Assembly: GCA_000934665.2 (NCBI GenBank)
Contig: KZ538344.1
Coordinates: 1-64,000, forward strand
Length of the DNA: 64,000 bases
Reading direction: 5' to 3'
Source of the DNA: Catajapyx aquilonaris
Taxonomy: Eukaryota
Shown piece after piece: positions 12,486-25,847 of the stretch; the stretch's first letter is position 1; every line of letters starts with the position of its first letter. A model generated the notes under the pieces. That model was not told the origin of the DNA and did no database searches. It was given only the letters and a program-made list of their open reading frames with translations. A program made the translations under genes and the position numbers.

Positions 12486-15400
12486 GTCAGTACAATACAT
12501 TTTGCTTTTTCCTGATTCCGTACTTGTTTTTTTAAATATATATATAAAATGTTTTTATAATATAAACCTGCCGTCTGACGCGTTGGATATTGTGCGCGAG
12601 GTGGTCCATTTCGTATCCGCCGTTAGTAGTTACTGAAATCAACAGTAACGCTTTATTTATTTATTACATTGCCTCCGAACACAACTGCGTGCCTTATTAG
12701 GCGCCTTTACATGCGGATAATAAGTTATGCATGTCTGGATGTAATTTTCCAGGTCGAAATTGGATGCATATCTGAATTGCGCAATGTTCTGCTTACAGTG
12801 CGACGGCTATGCATACTGCTCTTTCTTCTCTATTCATTTGAATTTGTACTGTGATATAATGCAGTATGCCTATTCTGCTTGTCTGCAGTGTCAGTACAGC
12901 TTTCCATTTCTGTGACATAGCAGCCAATATCTATTTTTCTCGTGCAGGCATGTAATTTGTGGCTGTTGAGCTAAAACTGCAATAGCATAAATTTCTTTAG
13001 CCTAAGGATAGTTTTCAACATCAGGGGAATTGGTGAGAAGCCAGGTTAAATAAATGGCACTTAAAATATTTTAAAAACAGGACCACATGGTGGCATAATA
13101 TTATTGCATGCATATTCTTTATTGGCCTTATGGAGTCACAACAGCAGTGACGTTTTTTGTACGCATTCTTAATATTGCAGGACCATATCAGGATACCCGA
13201 TTACGAAATTACATAACAATGCAATCTAAGGACCTTATAAATTGCACTTTCTTTGTGAGTGATATAAGGGCTTGTAATATTAATCCGGGTAGTGCTCGAC
13301 CTCCTAGATTGTAAAAATGTCTAACATGAAATACAGGCATCTTCACTTTTATGAAGTTTTTATTAATGAAGGATTAGTTAAAGCTTTTTTTACTTCGCTG
13401 TCATCACACTGTCAAAGAAATAAAGCATTACAAATCTAACTTCATCATGACCAGATTCGAGCATCATCTTAAATTGTAGCATTCAATATAAATTCATTCT
13501 TGTGCTAAAATTAATTTAAAAAGATGAAGTGGTTGTTTACTTTCTGCTGTTATATTCAGGCTCGGTTGTGTCAACTTAAGGGAAAAGCTCCGACCATATT
13601 CTGTGGATATAATAAGATATACTGTATAATCCGATATTTTGCCTTAATTTGCGTGTTTAATATTATACTGTACAATGTATAGCCTCAGTGAGGCTGCAAC
13701 TCATAGACAACACCATACTACATACACAACAGATTTGGTACAGATGAGATATAAAATCCTAAGAATATGCTCATGAAGTTCACCAGTCTCAAAAATGGTC
13801 ATATGTATTTTATGCATAATTTTGGTACGATTATACATCATTGGCAATTGAATTTTGAAAGCTACCGGAATTGTCCCCTCACCAAAAGAACGGGAAAAGC
13901 AGTGTTTTTAAAAATATCATCAAAAACTTGTCATCGAGATTGCTGAAGCATGCGCAAATAACGTAACACTGCCAGTCAAAAACCTGCTCATCAGTTAGCA
14001 AAAAAGAAAGGGGGGGGGGGTTGCCCTTGTTATGTCACTGATGCGTTCAATGCCTATTGTCCGTGAACTCGTTTTTGATCCTTGAATATACCAATAAAAT
14101 CCTGTTATTATAATTTGGCTCGAGGAAATATTATATTAACTCGATATTAGGGCTAAACCGATAATAGGATATTAATATTTATACGAATTATATTTTTAAA
14201 AGTTCCGGAACAACTTGCTGCCTTTATTAAATAACAATTCTAACTTTGACACATTTTGATCTTGAAACTTGCATCATCCAATACAAAATGAGACAAATAC
14301 ATTACGATTCATACTGCCGAACAAAGCAACAATGATTTTAAAAGCAGTTTTCCTGCACAAGCAAGCAATTTGGGATTCCACCTCGTAAATCACAAAAGCC
14401 GGAGTCTGAAAAGGCCAGAACGCAAATTAATAAATCGAGCCTAGCCGTATGAAGCGGATGACACCACAGCTTGTATGGAATTGTAATTCTTGTCTGAAAC
14501 CGACTCTGCTCACCATGCGTGCTTCCGTGCACTAAGGCCGACATTTTCCTTTTGTGTTCTACGGGGAAGAATGAAAACCAACGGAAGTTCCTGAATAGGC
14601 TCGGAATAATAATTTCCACGCCGCATCTTCATTAGCTTCCCTGCGCTCTCAAGTAATCCTGCTTTCATCAAAATATTAAAATTTTACCAGCCATAAACCT
14701 GCTGGATAACAAGTCTTTATGACCAGGATAACAAGTGCCATCCAATAGTTTCCGACTCGTTAGTCAGAATAACTGCTTTAACTTCAGCTACTCCGCGGCA
14801 TACCAATCTTCCAGACTTTACGTGTTCTGTCTCAATTACGCCGACTTAATTTCTACGTGACAGAACAACGCGTTGAAATTCATTGCCTAAACACTCGCAA
14901 CTTTTTGCACGAGGGCCAAATGTTTTCTCAAGTGGTTATTGACTGCAGCGTTTATTTAACAAAAAAAAAAGGGGGGGTATGTGCACAGCGCTTGTAAAAA
15001 GTCTTTCTGGACAATAAGGATATGTCGGTGGAGTCTCACGTAAGCGCAATATATTCAACGACCCTCACCCTCATCTCACAAACACCTTTTTTTTACCTTT
15101 TCATTTTGTGAAAAGCCAGCACCTGGAGAACGGGGGAAAAACCATACGAAATAAATAATTCACGGGGCAAGAAATTTGTAATTGCATGAAGCCATCCCAC
15201 CACGAACAAAATATGACCGAATAGTCTTTTGCTCGGAAATTTATGGTACTTGTCCTACAACCTGCTGCTTTAGTGGGTCATTTTTTAAGGGACCTGTCAG
15301 TATATAGGAACAGCCGTCGGATGTTTATTTCCTCCCCTTCAACCAACCCTTTCTCAATATTGCTGGAAACCATCATTGGAATGCTTCTGTGTCGCACTCT

Positions 15401-18400
15401 GTACCGACATTCCTACATCACTATTGGAGCTGATTCTTTAACTATGCCCACATATTGTCTTATATCGACTTATGGAATTTTGATTTGAGCGGAAATTATA
15501 GGGTCAGCCAATGGGAATGAACCAGACACCTCTTAACCAATATGTTCCCACGCTTCCATACATTGTCTTATTACACATAGACTCACACTAAGTTACTAAA
15601 GCCCAGTTCAAATTATCGTTAATGAAGTGATCAGGTGGCACGATGAAAACGGGACAAAAAAAACCATTTACTCAGCTTAATACATAGTCACGCCTTAATC
15701 ATAAATTGGGCGCACTTGCACAAAAACAGAGTGTAAAAGTAAAAACCGCGGATCCAGCAGTTTTGGCGCGTCCAGGTTCGAATTGGAAGTTAGATCACGT
15801 ATCTCCTTGGATTGGTTTGTGGTTCGTTAAGCGATGAAAGAGGACAATAATAAGAATTTGGTCCGATTTATGCGACAGGAGTGCCCCACATTCCCGTTCT
15901 CACACTTGGCGATTCCACTTTTTTAAGAGGTTACGAGCTTCGTAGTCCAGAGAATATCCGTTGAGTTATGGTGGGGATCCATTCGCCGCCATCGAGTTTC
16001 CAAACAGGCTTCTGTGGGCTTTTTAGTGCGCCAGTCGAGTCATTAATATGTAATATGTGCCATGTTCCCGTAAATCAATATTTACAAAATAGATTATTCC
16101 GTGGTGTTCATTTACAAAACAAGTGAAACTGGTATGTATAAAGCTCGGTACACGAAGCCTTTCAAATTTAATTCACTTTATGCGACCAGAGTATAAATTG
16201 CGAGTGAAGTAATTCAGTTACGAATTGCTTCCAGGCCTGTCGTATTATGTTGCTGTTGGTTTTTTTTTGTACTGCGCTCTATGCGGTCAATAGGACAGGT
16301 TGAGCTTACTTCATCGTGGAGTGGATCTATTCCGGGTGCACTGTTGGTTGTGTGAAATTATTATGAAAAACACGCGCAAATTCATAGACAAAAAAAAGGT
16401 TTGTCTTAATGTTCCCTAACTCTCGTGTAAATTTGTACACATAGTTTTTTAACACCCTGTATATCATATACAGTCCGACATATTTCCTCGTTGATTTGAT
16501 ACAACCGGTCCAATAGTTACTGATAATTCTATTCCGCAACGCTGATCCTTTATCCGGTTTTTCACACGGTTTGATTTTATTGACCCGACTATAGAGAGAC
16601 GACTAGAGGTCATTGAATGATGGTAACTTTTGTAACTGGCTGCACTTGTTTGGCGCGCCATCATTTTTCCCAGGAGTGTCACGCAATTAGAAAATCCAAT
16701 TGAAATGTGTTCTGGCTAGCGCGTACGGAAAAAAAAAGCTTTTTCCCGCTCAAGTGGTTCTTGTTGACAATGGACTCGTGTAAGCTTTTGCATAGCATGC
16801 ATTGTTGCCTGCATGTTCCACAACACTGCACGCAAACATTTCAATCATCAGATATAACCTTACCGGCAGTTTCCCAGGTCCCTTTAGACACCCCTTTTAC
16901 GTTATGTCCGAGCTTGACTTAATTCGCACTTAGGGCCGACTTTATGAAACTCTGTAAAGCACGCACTAAAGTCAAATCCCCAAGTTTGGGGCCAAATGCA
17001 CTTGAGTGCCCTGCCCGAGAATTTAACTTCAGGTAGCACTTAACACCCCACCTTCGAGCTTCATAAAACAGACCCTTAACTATAACATACGGTAGTCTCA
17101 ATGTTCGACCTATTGGAACTAAGTTGTCCTTCCTTAGCTATGGATGCCATACTGGATGGCTCTATCAACAAGAGATGATTGGGCAGGGAAGTCGATTGAG
17201 GGCAAGAAACGCGTATCCAAGTCGAAATGGGATGTGTCGTGCGACCAGGTAGGCATGCAAGCTTTCAATTGAAACCTGTCAAAAACGGCTGAAAGAGGAG
17301 GCGATAACAGGTTAATATGATGCCTGCTATTATGCACGCCTTTTTCGACCTGATAATGGCTCGTATAGCACATATACACATTGTTGACAACTAACAATCG
17401 AATGGCTCCATGTAAAAAAAGTGTGCTCATTAGACGGCTTAACTCAAACCACTTTTTGTGTTGAATAATATTACGCTTGTGTATCTGTGATATGAATGCC
17501 ACAGTGGTCGTTAATTTAGGCAATAAGTACCTGAAAGTTATTTATGGCAGGACCTAACGAACACGTTTCCTCGTTTTGGAATTAGCAGAAATTTTGTACT
17601 CATGGCCGACCAGTAGAATTTCAGGAAATGCGTGTAAACAAGTAGCCTCCCTGTAGCATCAATTAGTGTGCGTGCTTAAAATCTTTATTGTTCTGGTTAC
17701 TGTCCTTCAGACAAATCAGTTAACGATGCCGACATGCCTTACTATTTTTTTATGTCTCAATTTGCAAATTCACCTGGAGCAATGCCGATTCCATGCCAGC
17801 ACCCTCACGGCACTCTTAACTTAAATGGTACACTTTCACATGCAAAGACGTATACTTATTTGCAAATTTGGTCCAGCATCGCGCGGCAGAACGTAACAAC
17901 TACTTTGTTCAAAGGAGGGGACGCACCATTGAGAAAGAGAGAAATGAGCACGCAATTCAGCATCGCATCGTATAAACACTACAATCGTGGAAAGGCACTA
18001 CCTTGCGCTAAATTGCATAATATGAAATGCCGTTTAATAAATGATTAAATTGTACCCTGTACATCTGTGATTAGTCTCAGACCACTGTAATATGCCTTCT
18101 GTTTGGAAAGCTGCTCGTTTTTTTTCTGCAATCTGCTTGCACGGAAATCGCAGCTCATCCAGCAAGCAATGGACCTAAAGCAGCATTTTTGCATGAAACC
18201 CATTAAATTCATATTCACTAATGAGGCGTCATTTTTAAATTCCCACCATTTAGGCCATTTTTACATCTTCATCGGAATTGGACAAGGTGGTCCCTGCTGG
18301 TTGGTCCTATCATATAGCCAACAGGCAACGTGATATGCACTGGAGGAATGCATGCGAAAAGGCATAATTAGAAAGTGGGAGCGGTCAGCAAGCGAAGGGA

Positions 18401-21400
18401 GGCCACATCCCAATTAGGCGCTGGCCGAAATTATAACCAAGACATTCTGTTTTCAGTTAGAGGGATATCATTTAGTTCCTAACCATCTTCTGAAGTCGTC
18501 CGCCTTTGTGCAGCAGCCAGAGAGTGGTAACGGCTGCAGTGGGGGCAACCAAAATGGCCCTCCTTCTGATCCTATCTCCCGCTCCCATGTACAGCTGTTG
18601 TGTAGCAGAAACAGGAAAAACTATTTTAAAAAAGGGAGTCAGCAGTAAATGGCTACAATTTACGGCAGAGGAAGAAGAGGGAGAAGCCGGCGGCTAAAAT
18701 TATTTCCAAATTAATTTCTGGGACAGTGGTGCCAGGTGATGCTTTTATCCGGGGGGGATCCGTGGCCGGGTTCCAAATCTTATCGGGTATGGTCCAGAGG
18801 GCTGAACTGGCGACAATCGCTTACACCTCGCTTTCTTTACGCGCCCTCAACTAAATTGGTTGTCCGGAATGTGAGAGGCTGGATAGGAGGGGGGAGAAAA
18901 AACAGTTTCGACCAATCCCAGACCGGCCATGCATTTCTGACCCTCCGGAGGAATCAAACTTTTCTTCTTTAGGCCGTAATTGTAATGGATGTCCCTGGCT
19001 CATGGAATTGCTGTTTACGACTGTCACCATGTTCGCAATGGGAGACATTCTTTCCGCCAGCCATAAATCTTTCGCCGCGCTTCGTTTTCCTTGCTATAAA
19101 GCTCGAATCAAAAGCAATGACAAAAGAGATTGAGTACCTATAACCAGCCTCCAAATGGGGAGATGAAACTATGTAGCACGAATCATGCTTTTTGGACCCT
19201 ACAGTAATGTTGATTTAAGACTCGACACGTCCGTCCGCTTAGGGTCGTCTTGTGACACACGACCTGCCTGATGAATGGGGCCCTCTCTTCATTGCTTGAC
19301 TACTATATAATCACTTTCGGCTTTTACAATGTCAGGTTCTGCTCGTTTCTTGGTTTGATTCCTCGACTTGTCCAGATAGCGACTTTCTCGGCTACTTGCT
19401 CATAATTTGCAATGGTCACCAAACGGCGGATGGCATTTGCAGTATGTTCTACATACTGGAACTTGTAGTTTCCTGTTTTGTGCTGTCCCTGTTAAATCAT
19501 TTAAAAAAATAGTCCATTAATGTTGAAAGTATTTGTCAATTAGTGTCTGCTGATGATTGCACTGGAAACTTTAAATGCATAATTAAATATTTAATAGGCG
19601 TAGATGAGTGGCTTTTTGGAAAGGAAATTAATTTTTAAATGCAGGTAAGTTAACAAATAAATTTATTTATTTATTTTATTTTATTATTTATATAGGCATA
19701 TCGAAACCTTTGTGAAACCTTAAATACAGCGTTTGGCAAAAATAACTTTTACGATTGGAGTACGACATACTTAGATTTATTTCCCTATACCGAGACGAAA
19801 GTTGCACTTGGCGCAGGTAAGTTCGTTGTGAGTATAAAATGAGGATTGTGCAATATGATTAATGATCGGACTACTGCAAGTATACTACGTACAGTTCTGG
19901 TCATATATCTAGGCAACCGCCAGCGACATTTTCCGAAGCGGCAGAAGAAGGAATCTTGCTCGCTCATGCTTGAAGTATGCTTATCTTCGATTCCTTCCTC
20001 TGCCGCTTCGGAAAATGTCGCTGGCGGTAGCCTCGATATATGACCAGAACTGTACCATGAGGCATGAAGTGTTTAACATACATGTAAAGAATGTTGAACT
20101 TGCCAACCATCACAAGGTTACTGAGAATCTGTTTAAAGATGGCTAAGCCAATTGAAACATTCAGTGGTAGGATTTTAAAAAGCAGTTATTTCGTTTTGTG
20201 CACGGAAGAGATAAAAGCCATCTAAGAGTATTGGCCAATGCCATGTATCTCGCAGTCACGTGGCTGCAAATGGTTTAAAAAATTGCAGGTATCACTGATA
20301 ACTTTGTTCCACTGCACTGTCCGGGCCGCGGCGCGTCTGTCACACTATACTTTCATCTTTCTGGAATATTTTACACCACTCGCAGACAGGTGACTTCAAG
20401 GCACATGGTAAATCCCACATTCCGCGATACATTTCTATGGGTTTTGCCCTCCAAAACCAAATAAAACCCAATAAAAACCCCGACTAACGCAGATTCGGAC
20501 TTAATATGTAAAAATAAATAAATTCCGGTATGCGCAAGGAAGGATTTTGACGTGAGAAAAAAATCTGCCGTAACAAAATGGTAACGTAAAATGCCGTCAA
20601 CTGCGAGAAAGCTCGATCGTTAATTTTAGGCTCGTGGCAACTCGGACCTGCCAACCGAGACACATTCACTCGCTCAGTTTACATATGTGACAAACATTTT
20701 GTTTGAGCATCGCGGGGAACCCATGCCCGCTTGCAACGGCCTCAATGGAATGGGACAGTGACTCCAGTATCGATGTACCTAGCACGCTACAGTATCTTTA
20801 TGTTTTTAAAAAACATGCTCAGAGTTACATAAAATTTGACTTACGTATAATGTTGCGGAACGATCCACTCACGTAAGTTTGGGACTGGTCGTAACAGCTT
20901 TCTCCTCCTCCTTGGTGCACGAGAGCCGCTATCTTTGCACAGCTATCGGGAAACTGCCTGAACCTATGCACCTCATGCACCATTAGATAAAGGAATTCAC
21001 TCATATGGCAAATTTTATACTGTACACTCTTTCTATGGCCGACACCGTGAATATAATTTAATAAAATCTCTCAGGGTCGTGAATAATTTTCTGGTATGTG
21101 TGTGTGTGCATATTGCGAAGAATTTAGTACAGAAAAGTACACCAGCGGAGGACCCGTTCTTCGCACGGGGATTGAGAAATGAAAGAAGTTTGTTAAAGCT
21201 GCACATTCTGTATAAGCTAATACAGAGGGTCTGAAAATGTTGCTGCTTTTACGTATTTCCAATTTTCCCATAGAGAAGAACGTGGAAATTATTCACCCTA
21301 TTGCATAAATTTTTTCACTTCGTATTGGTGCATTAAATGACAAAATCGATATCTTCTTTTTGTACATAATCTATTTATGAGGTCCACTTAATTCTGAAAA

Positions 21401-21924
21401 GTATTCACCGAGCTGCACATCAGTCATTCAAATATATTGGACTCATGCACAGAGAGATCACGTACTGTGCGAATAAAATATATTAGTTATAATGGTGAAT
21501 AAGTTTATAACCTAGATGCTTGAAGTGCATGGTTAATACATAATTATGTGCGCATTTTTTGTATTTAAAATATTCCGTGCATATAGGCTCCTTATAATAT
21601 AAGTGAAAGGAGAATGAATACCTTTCGATGACTAAACTTGTTAAGGTGACGCTAATATTACTGTAAACAATCGCAAGCGCTCAGTGATCAAGAAAAAGAG
21701 TTGTGGATCGCTTATCGCAGGCAGTTCCACTCTTTTGGCGATTCCGCGAAATCTAGTGCAAACAAGTTTATGTTTGCCGACACATCAGATGCCACAAAGA
21801 CGCTATATGCTTAGGCCATCACGCAATGTTGACAGCAATTCAGCCTTACTTCCTGCTCAACAGCCCCTATCACAATCTGACCACACTGCCTGACACTGGC
21901 CCTCCCCTTCTGTGTTCATTCCAG
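12486..21924 (+). other. unc-4: 9,439-bp phase-0 homeobox intron (GT-AG)
   Basis: Joins ...ESRVA|VWFQNRR at homeodomain position 46/47, the canonical PRD-class intron site; pyrimidine-rich acceptor ...gttcattccag. Confidence 0.93.
19892..20052. mobile_element. 161-bp Tc1/mariner-type MITE, copy 1
   Basis: TA|CAGTTCTGGTCATATATC...GATATATGACCAGAACTG|TA; ~63-bp near-perfect TIRs; TA TSD; 160/161 identical to 53345-53505. Confidence 0.93.
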
Positions 21925-22623
21925 GTGTGGTTCCAGAACCGTCGCGCGAAATGGCGCAAGAAGGAACACACGAAGAAGGGTCCAGGTCGACCTGCCCACA
22001 ATGCTCACCCGCAGACCTGCAGTGGGGAGCCCATCCCTCCAGAGGAGCTGGAGCGGAAGGAGAAGGATCGCAGGGAGAAGAAGCTGCTCAAGACACTCGA
22101 GAAGCAGCAGAAGAAGCTGGCCCAGAAGGGAATCCACGTCGAAATCGACACTCTTCGGAGGGAGTGGGAAGAGCAGCAGCGGAGAAAGCACATGGCGGCG
22201 GCCAACAAGGGGCATGATCAGGAGGCAGACGTGGACGTGGTGGGGGACACCGACACTGACAGTTTGGCGGCCAACGGCAGCGCCAGTGGCGACGACAGCG
22301 TGTGCCAAAGCGATTCGTCTCAGTCGGCCCACTTCGGGCTGCCCAACGGTGTGAGTGCCAAGAAGCGGAAGCAGTCGGTGATGGAGGAAGAGGCAGAGGA
22401 CGTGGCCCCGGAGTCGCCCTCGCCCTCGCCCTCGCCCCCTCCGCCCCCACAGACTGAAGCGCCCCCGGAGAAAAAACCTCCCAACAGAAACCCTTTCAGC
22501 ATTGAAAGCTTGCTCTCTACCAAAGATCCCCAGGCTCCTTCGCACCGGCCCAACACCCCCCATCGCTTTGTACATAGCAGCGGAGGTGGCCTCACCGTGC
22601 AAGCCAAAGACCAGGACGACTAA
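21925..22623 (+). CDS. unc-4: Unc-4/Uncx terminal coding exon (homeodomain residues 47-60, Unc-4 conserved extension, eh1 motif, stop)
   Basis: VWFQNRRAKWRKKEHTKKGPGRPAHNAHPQTCSGEPIPPEEL is the Unc-4/Uncx signature; GC-rich codon usage; eh1 FSIESLL at 22495-22515; TAA at 22621-22623. Confidence 0.96.
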   Translation: MWFQNRRAKWRKKEHTKKGPGRPAHNAHPQTCSGEPIPPEELERKEKDRREKKLLKTLEKQQKKLAQKGIHVEIDTLRREWEEQQRRKHMAAANKGHDQEADVDVVGDTDTDSLAANGSASGDDSVCQSDSSQSAHFGLPNGVSAKKRKQSVMEEEAEDVAPESPSPSPSPPPPPQTEAPPEKKPPNRNPFSIESLLSTKDPQAPSHRPNTPHRFVHSSGGGLTVQAKDQDD

Positions 22624-23007
22624 ATGTGCTTTGGGTCCTTTGTGTGTATAGTTTCTTTCCCAGAAGATTAAATACAGTATCAGACCCTTATCGTTCCTGT
22701 AAATTTTCGAGAATAGCCTACCAAAGCTCTACGTGAGTGGAATGATAGTGTAGCCTGTACCTTCAATTGGCCAAGCTACAATGTACAGATTTCTTGTATG
22801 CATTCCTAAACAGCGTTTCTATTCCGTCTACAGTCACTGATACCACGCGCACTATCGGTTTCTTCAGTGTGATGTGCGTCTGACGTAACAACGGAGGAGA
22901 CGTGTCTTTTTTCAGTGTACAGTTAGTGTTATTGTGCAGCCATACAGTCTACAATTAAATGTCCCCAGCCTTTGGGCTTCACTAGTGAATATTTCAGTCA
23001 AAATATA

Positions 23008-23013
23008 AATAAA
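23008..23013 (+). terminator. Candidate polyadenylation signal of Unc-4
   Basis: First AATAAA after the stop codon, followed by T-rich sequence; implies a ~0.4-kb 3' UTR. Confidence 0.45.
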
Positions 23014-25548
23014 CAGAAATTATAATATATCAATTTCCATTTTTACTGAAACATAACTGCAGATAATAACTTACTTATTAACCATTTTCAACACATGCTG
23101 GTGTATATCGTACAAGAAGTTGTCCACCTAAGTGGTGTTGCCACGGTCAGACTTTATTGTCACACTTAATGTTATAAAACATTTCATATAGGGTAGAGTT
23201 TATCCAAATTTTTAGACTTCCATCGGATATTGCCAAAGAAATAATTGCATCGCCTAGTGCATAATGGGATTAATAACGACGTTAAGTACACAGCTTCCCT
23301 TACTAATCTAATTAAATTCGAGATTGCCGTCAATACAGTAACTATCCTGCCAGTTTCCCGCTGATTGCCTGCGTGAGCGGCAGATGGTAAACAAGGCGGC
23401 AGCCTCATGAAAGGGAGGATATATTAACTGGATTTGCAAATTTAGGCCTCTAGGCGCAAATTATGTTTTTCCGCCGTCCCAAAACTTGAACGTCTTTACA
23501 TGTAACCATTTCCGATGGGAGCAAAAAAAAGCCGTGTGTGCACCATTGTTTTACTTTTTTTCCTTTTCGTGCAGTATAGTATGTTCCAGATTTAATTATC
23601 CGCCATACACCAGCACAGTGTACAATGGAGCAAATTTTTTAATTGTCCACTACATACACAGAGCGTGTGACTTCACTTCAAGGTTGAGTCTCCTTTAAAT
23701 CCATGAATTCAATATATTTAGATGTTCATCATGGCGTAAGGCAAAAATTTTGATTGCAATAATTATGAAGGAGCCTACTACATGTGGCATGATCATCTCC
23801 CAAGCCTGCATATTTTAGATATGATTTGTATTATTTTCATCACTCTCATAACTCTATCCATTGTGTATCAGAATCAAATTGCCATCTGTTGGTCTTTCTC
23901 GTAAGTCGATTGTACCTGACTTGACTGCTCGATAAGGAAATGGTCAGCATAAAAAATGAAATGCAGTCTGGGCCACTGATTATGGAGCACGTGGCAGTAC
24001 TGCGCCTGTGGTACACGTCATGTAGTAGGTAACCTGGGCTGGTTTAGGTATGCCTGGTTTTCAGACATCAGGTAGAAATTTCGGGTTTTGCATCCTCTTG
24101 CGTAGCTAAAGTGCTTGCCTTCTGCTGAAACCTGCTCAGAATATCATCTCTCCCTTAGCACAAAAGTGGTCCTATAAACATTCCAGACGCTCTGTCTAAA
24201 TGGAGGAGGACGCCCAGAAGAGCAGAGGTCTTTAGAGATCCATAATTTAAATTAATTACAGGAATCACCGATCAACACAATGATTAATCATGCGCATTCT
24301 CAATCATTCACTGTCATGATTCACCCATCTTCTGCCATGATGAACACGAACTGAATTATTGAAATTGTGATTTTTTTTTTACTTCTCCTTCCCCAAAGCG
24401 AAAGTTCCGACTCTAACATGCAGTTTGACTGATAATGTATACAATGTACGGGCCAATGTCGATGAGTGGTCAATGAATCTATCGGACTTGTGAAATGTTC
24501 CGCCCGCAATACATATGTTTCTTGTTTTCTGAGAAATTTCGTTGTCGACGGTTTGACTGTGGTCTGTGTGCGCCATCCAAAGATGTAGCTTGTAAGTATT
24601 CCAGTGCAAATACCAATCTCATCCTTATACGTCTATTATCATCTGTGCAAATATAGAATTATGTCAAACCTCCATCTTTGATATCTGTGTCCTTCACACA
24701 CAACCTGTATAAAGCCACTCCGGTTTTAAAAAAAACCTCTATTGTTATTCCCTATATTTAATAAACCTGTAGATCCTCCAAGGTGAATGTGTTCATATAA
24801 CTGCTCCTATATAATTTACAAAAGCGTGCCATTATAATTATTGTGTTCTATAAGCAAATTATCAACTTGAGACGAAAATGGGGGAGAATAAACATTTTGA
24901 GAGTTTGCAGGCAGTCTTTTTTTAATAACTTACTCGAACGAATGCCTTGGGACATGACATATATGCATGCGCAGCATTCAAACATCCACAAGCGCACCTT
25001 GTGCGCAGCTCTTCCTTTTGTCTTGCTCAGTTCCCAAAAGCACACGCAACCATGATTCGCCATTGAAACTAATAAATAGAAACTGTCAGAGAACCAAGCC
25101 CTCGCACTATTACTCTTCTCTCCATCTGTAATCAATCAAAAGCCACGCTCGGCGATATATACCCTTGTATACTGCAGGCTTCCGCAACAAACAATATTAT
25201 TCTCTTAATTATCCTTTGGTGTGTAACCCCTGACGTAGTTACACGGACCAAAGGTGTAATTTCACTGCTCCCTTTTTTTTACCACGTTTCTGTTGTGTTC
25301 CCCCCTTCCTTTTGTTTTTTCTAGACATCTGTAAGTCTCTGATTCCCCCTCCTCATAATGAGCGACCTGCGTGAGCCCCGACCCCAAATTTTAAGGGTGA
25401 TGGACTTGTGTGTCCACGGGAAATAAACTCGATGAGTTATGTTTTTGGGGCGGATAACAGCAGTAATCACGCACTACACCAGATTATTTCTTGGGACATG
25501 GATTGTCTCCAGTCACTCCTACACCCACCGAACGAGCTGCCGGATATA

Positions 25549-25847
25549 CAGGGTGCTCCAATTGAAATGTACTTAGTGGTTAAATAATTTTGGCAGTAAA
25601 CAGATTATTTGTAAGCTGCTACGAGTTGCACACATCTATTTAAAAGCAAATATATTTTGTCTTGCAAAATAAGGGCACAGTCATTATTCTAATTGTCAAT
25701 TCAAATTGAAAAACTACAATTTGATTAGACACAATTCGGCCTAATATTAGCATCTCATACTTTTAAAACCATTAAAGCAGCTACGCAAAATTAGCTGCTT
25801 AAAATGTTTGAAAAAAGTTACCCGCTAAGGACAATTGGAACACCCTG
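25549..25847. mobile_element. Tc1/mariner-type MITE (CAGGGTG ends)
   Basis: TA|CAGGGTGCTCCAATTG...CAATTGGAACACCCTG|TA; related pieces at 38322-38400, ~53860-54297 and 54833-55077. Confidence 0.85.

Noticed and set aside
19785..20043. ORFs repeated at 53304-53573
   Set aside because: Read through the duplicated 161-bp MITE.
21912..22607. Long overlapping and antisense ORFs over the Unc-4 exon
   Set aside because: Expected shadows of a GC-rich coding exon; no recognisable domains.
24538..24551. 13-nt match to the 5' end of miR-981 (TTCGTTGTCGACG)
   Set aside because: 3' half does not match and no precursor hairpin is evident.
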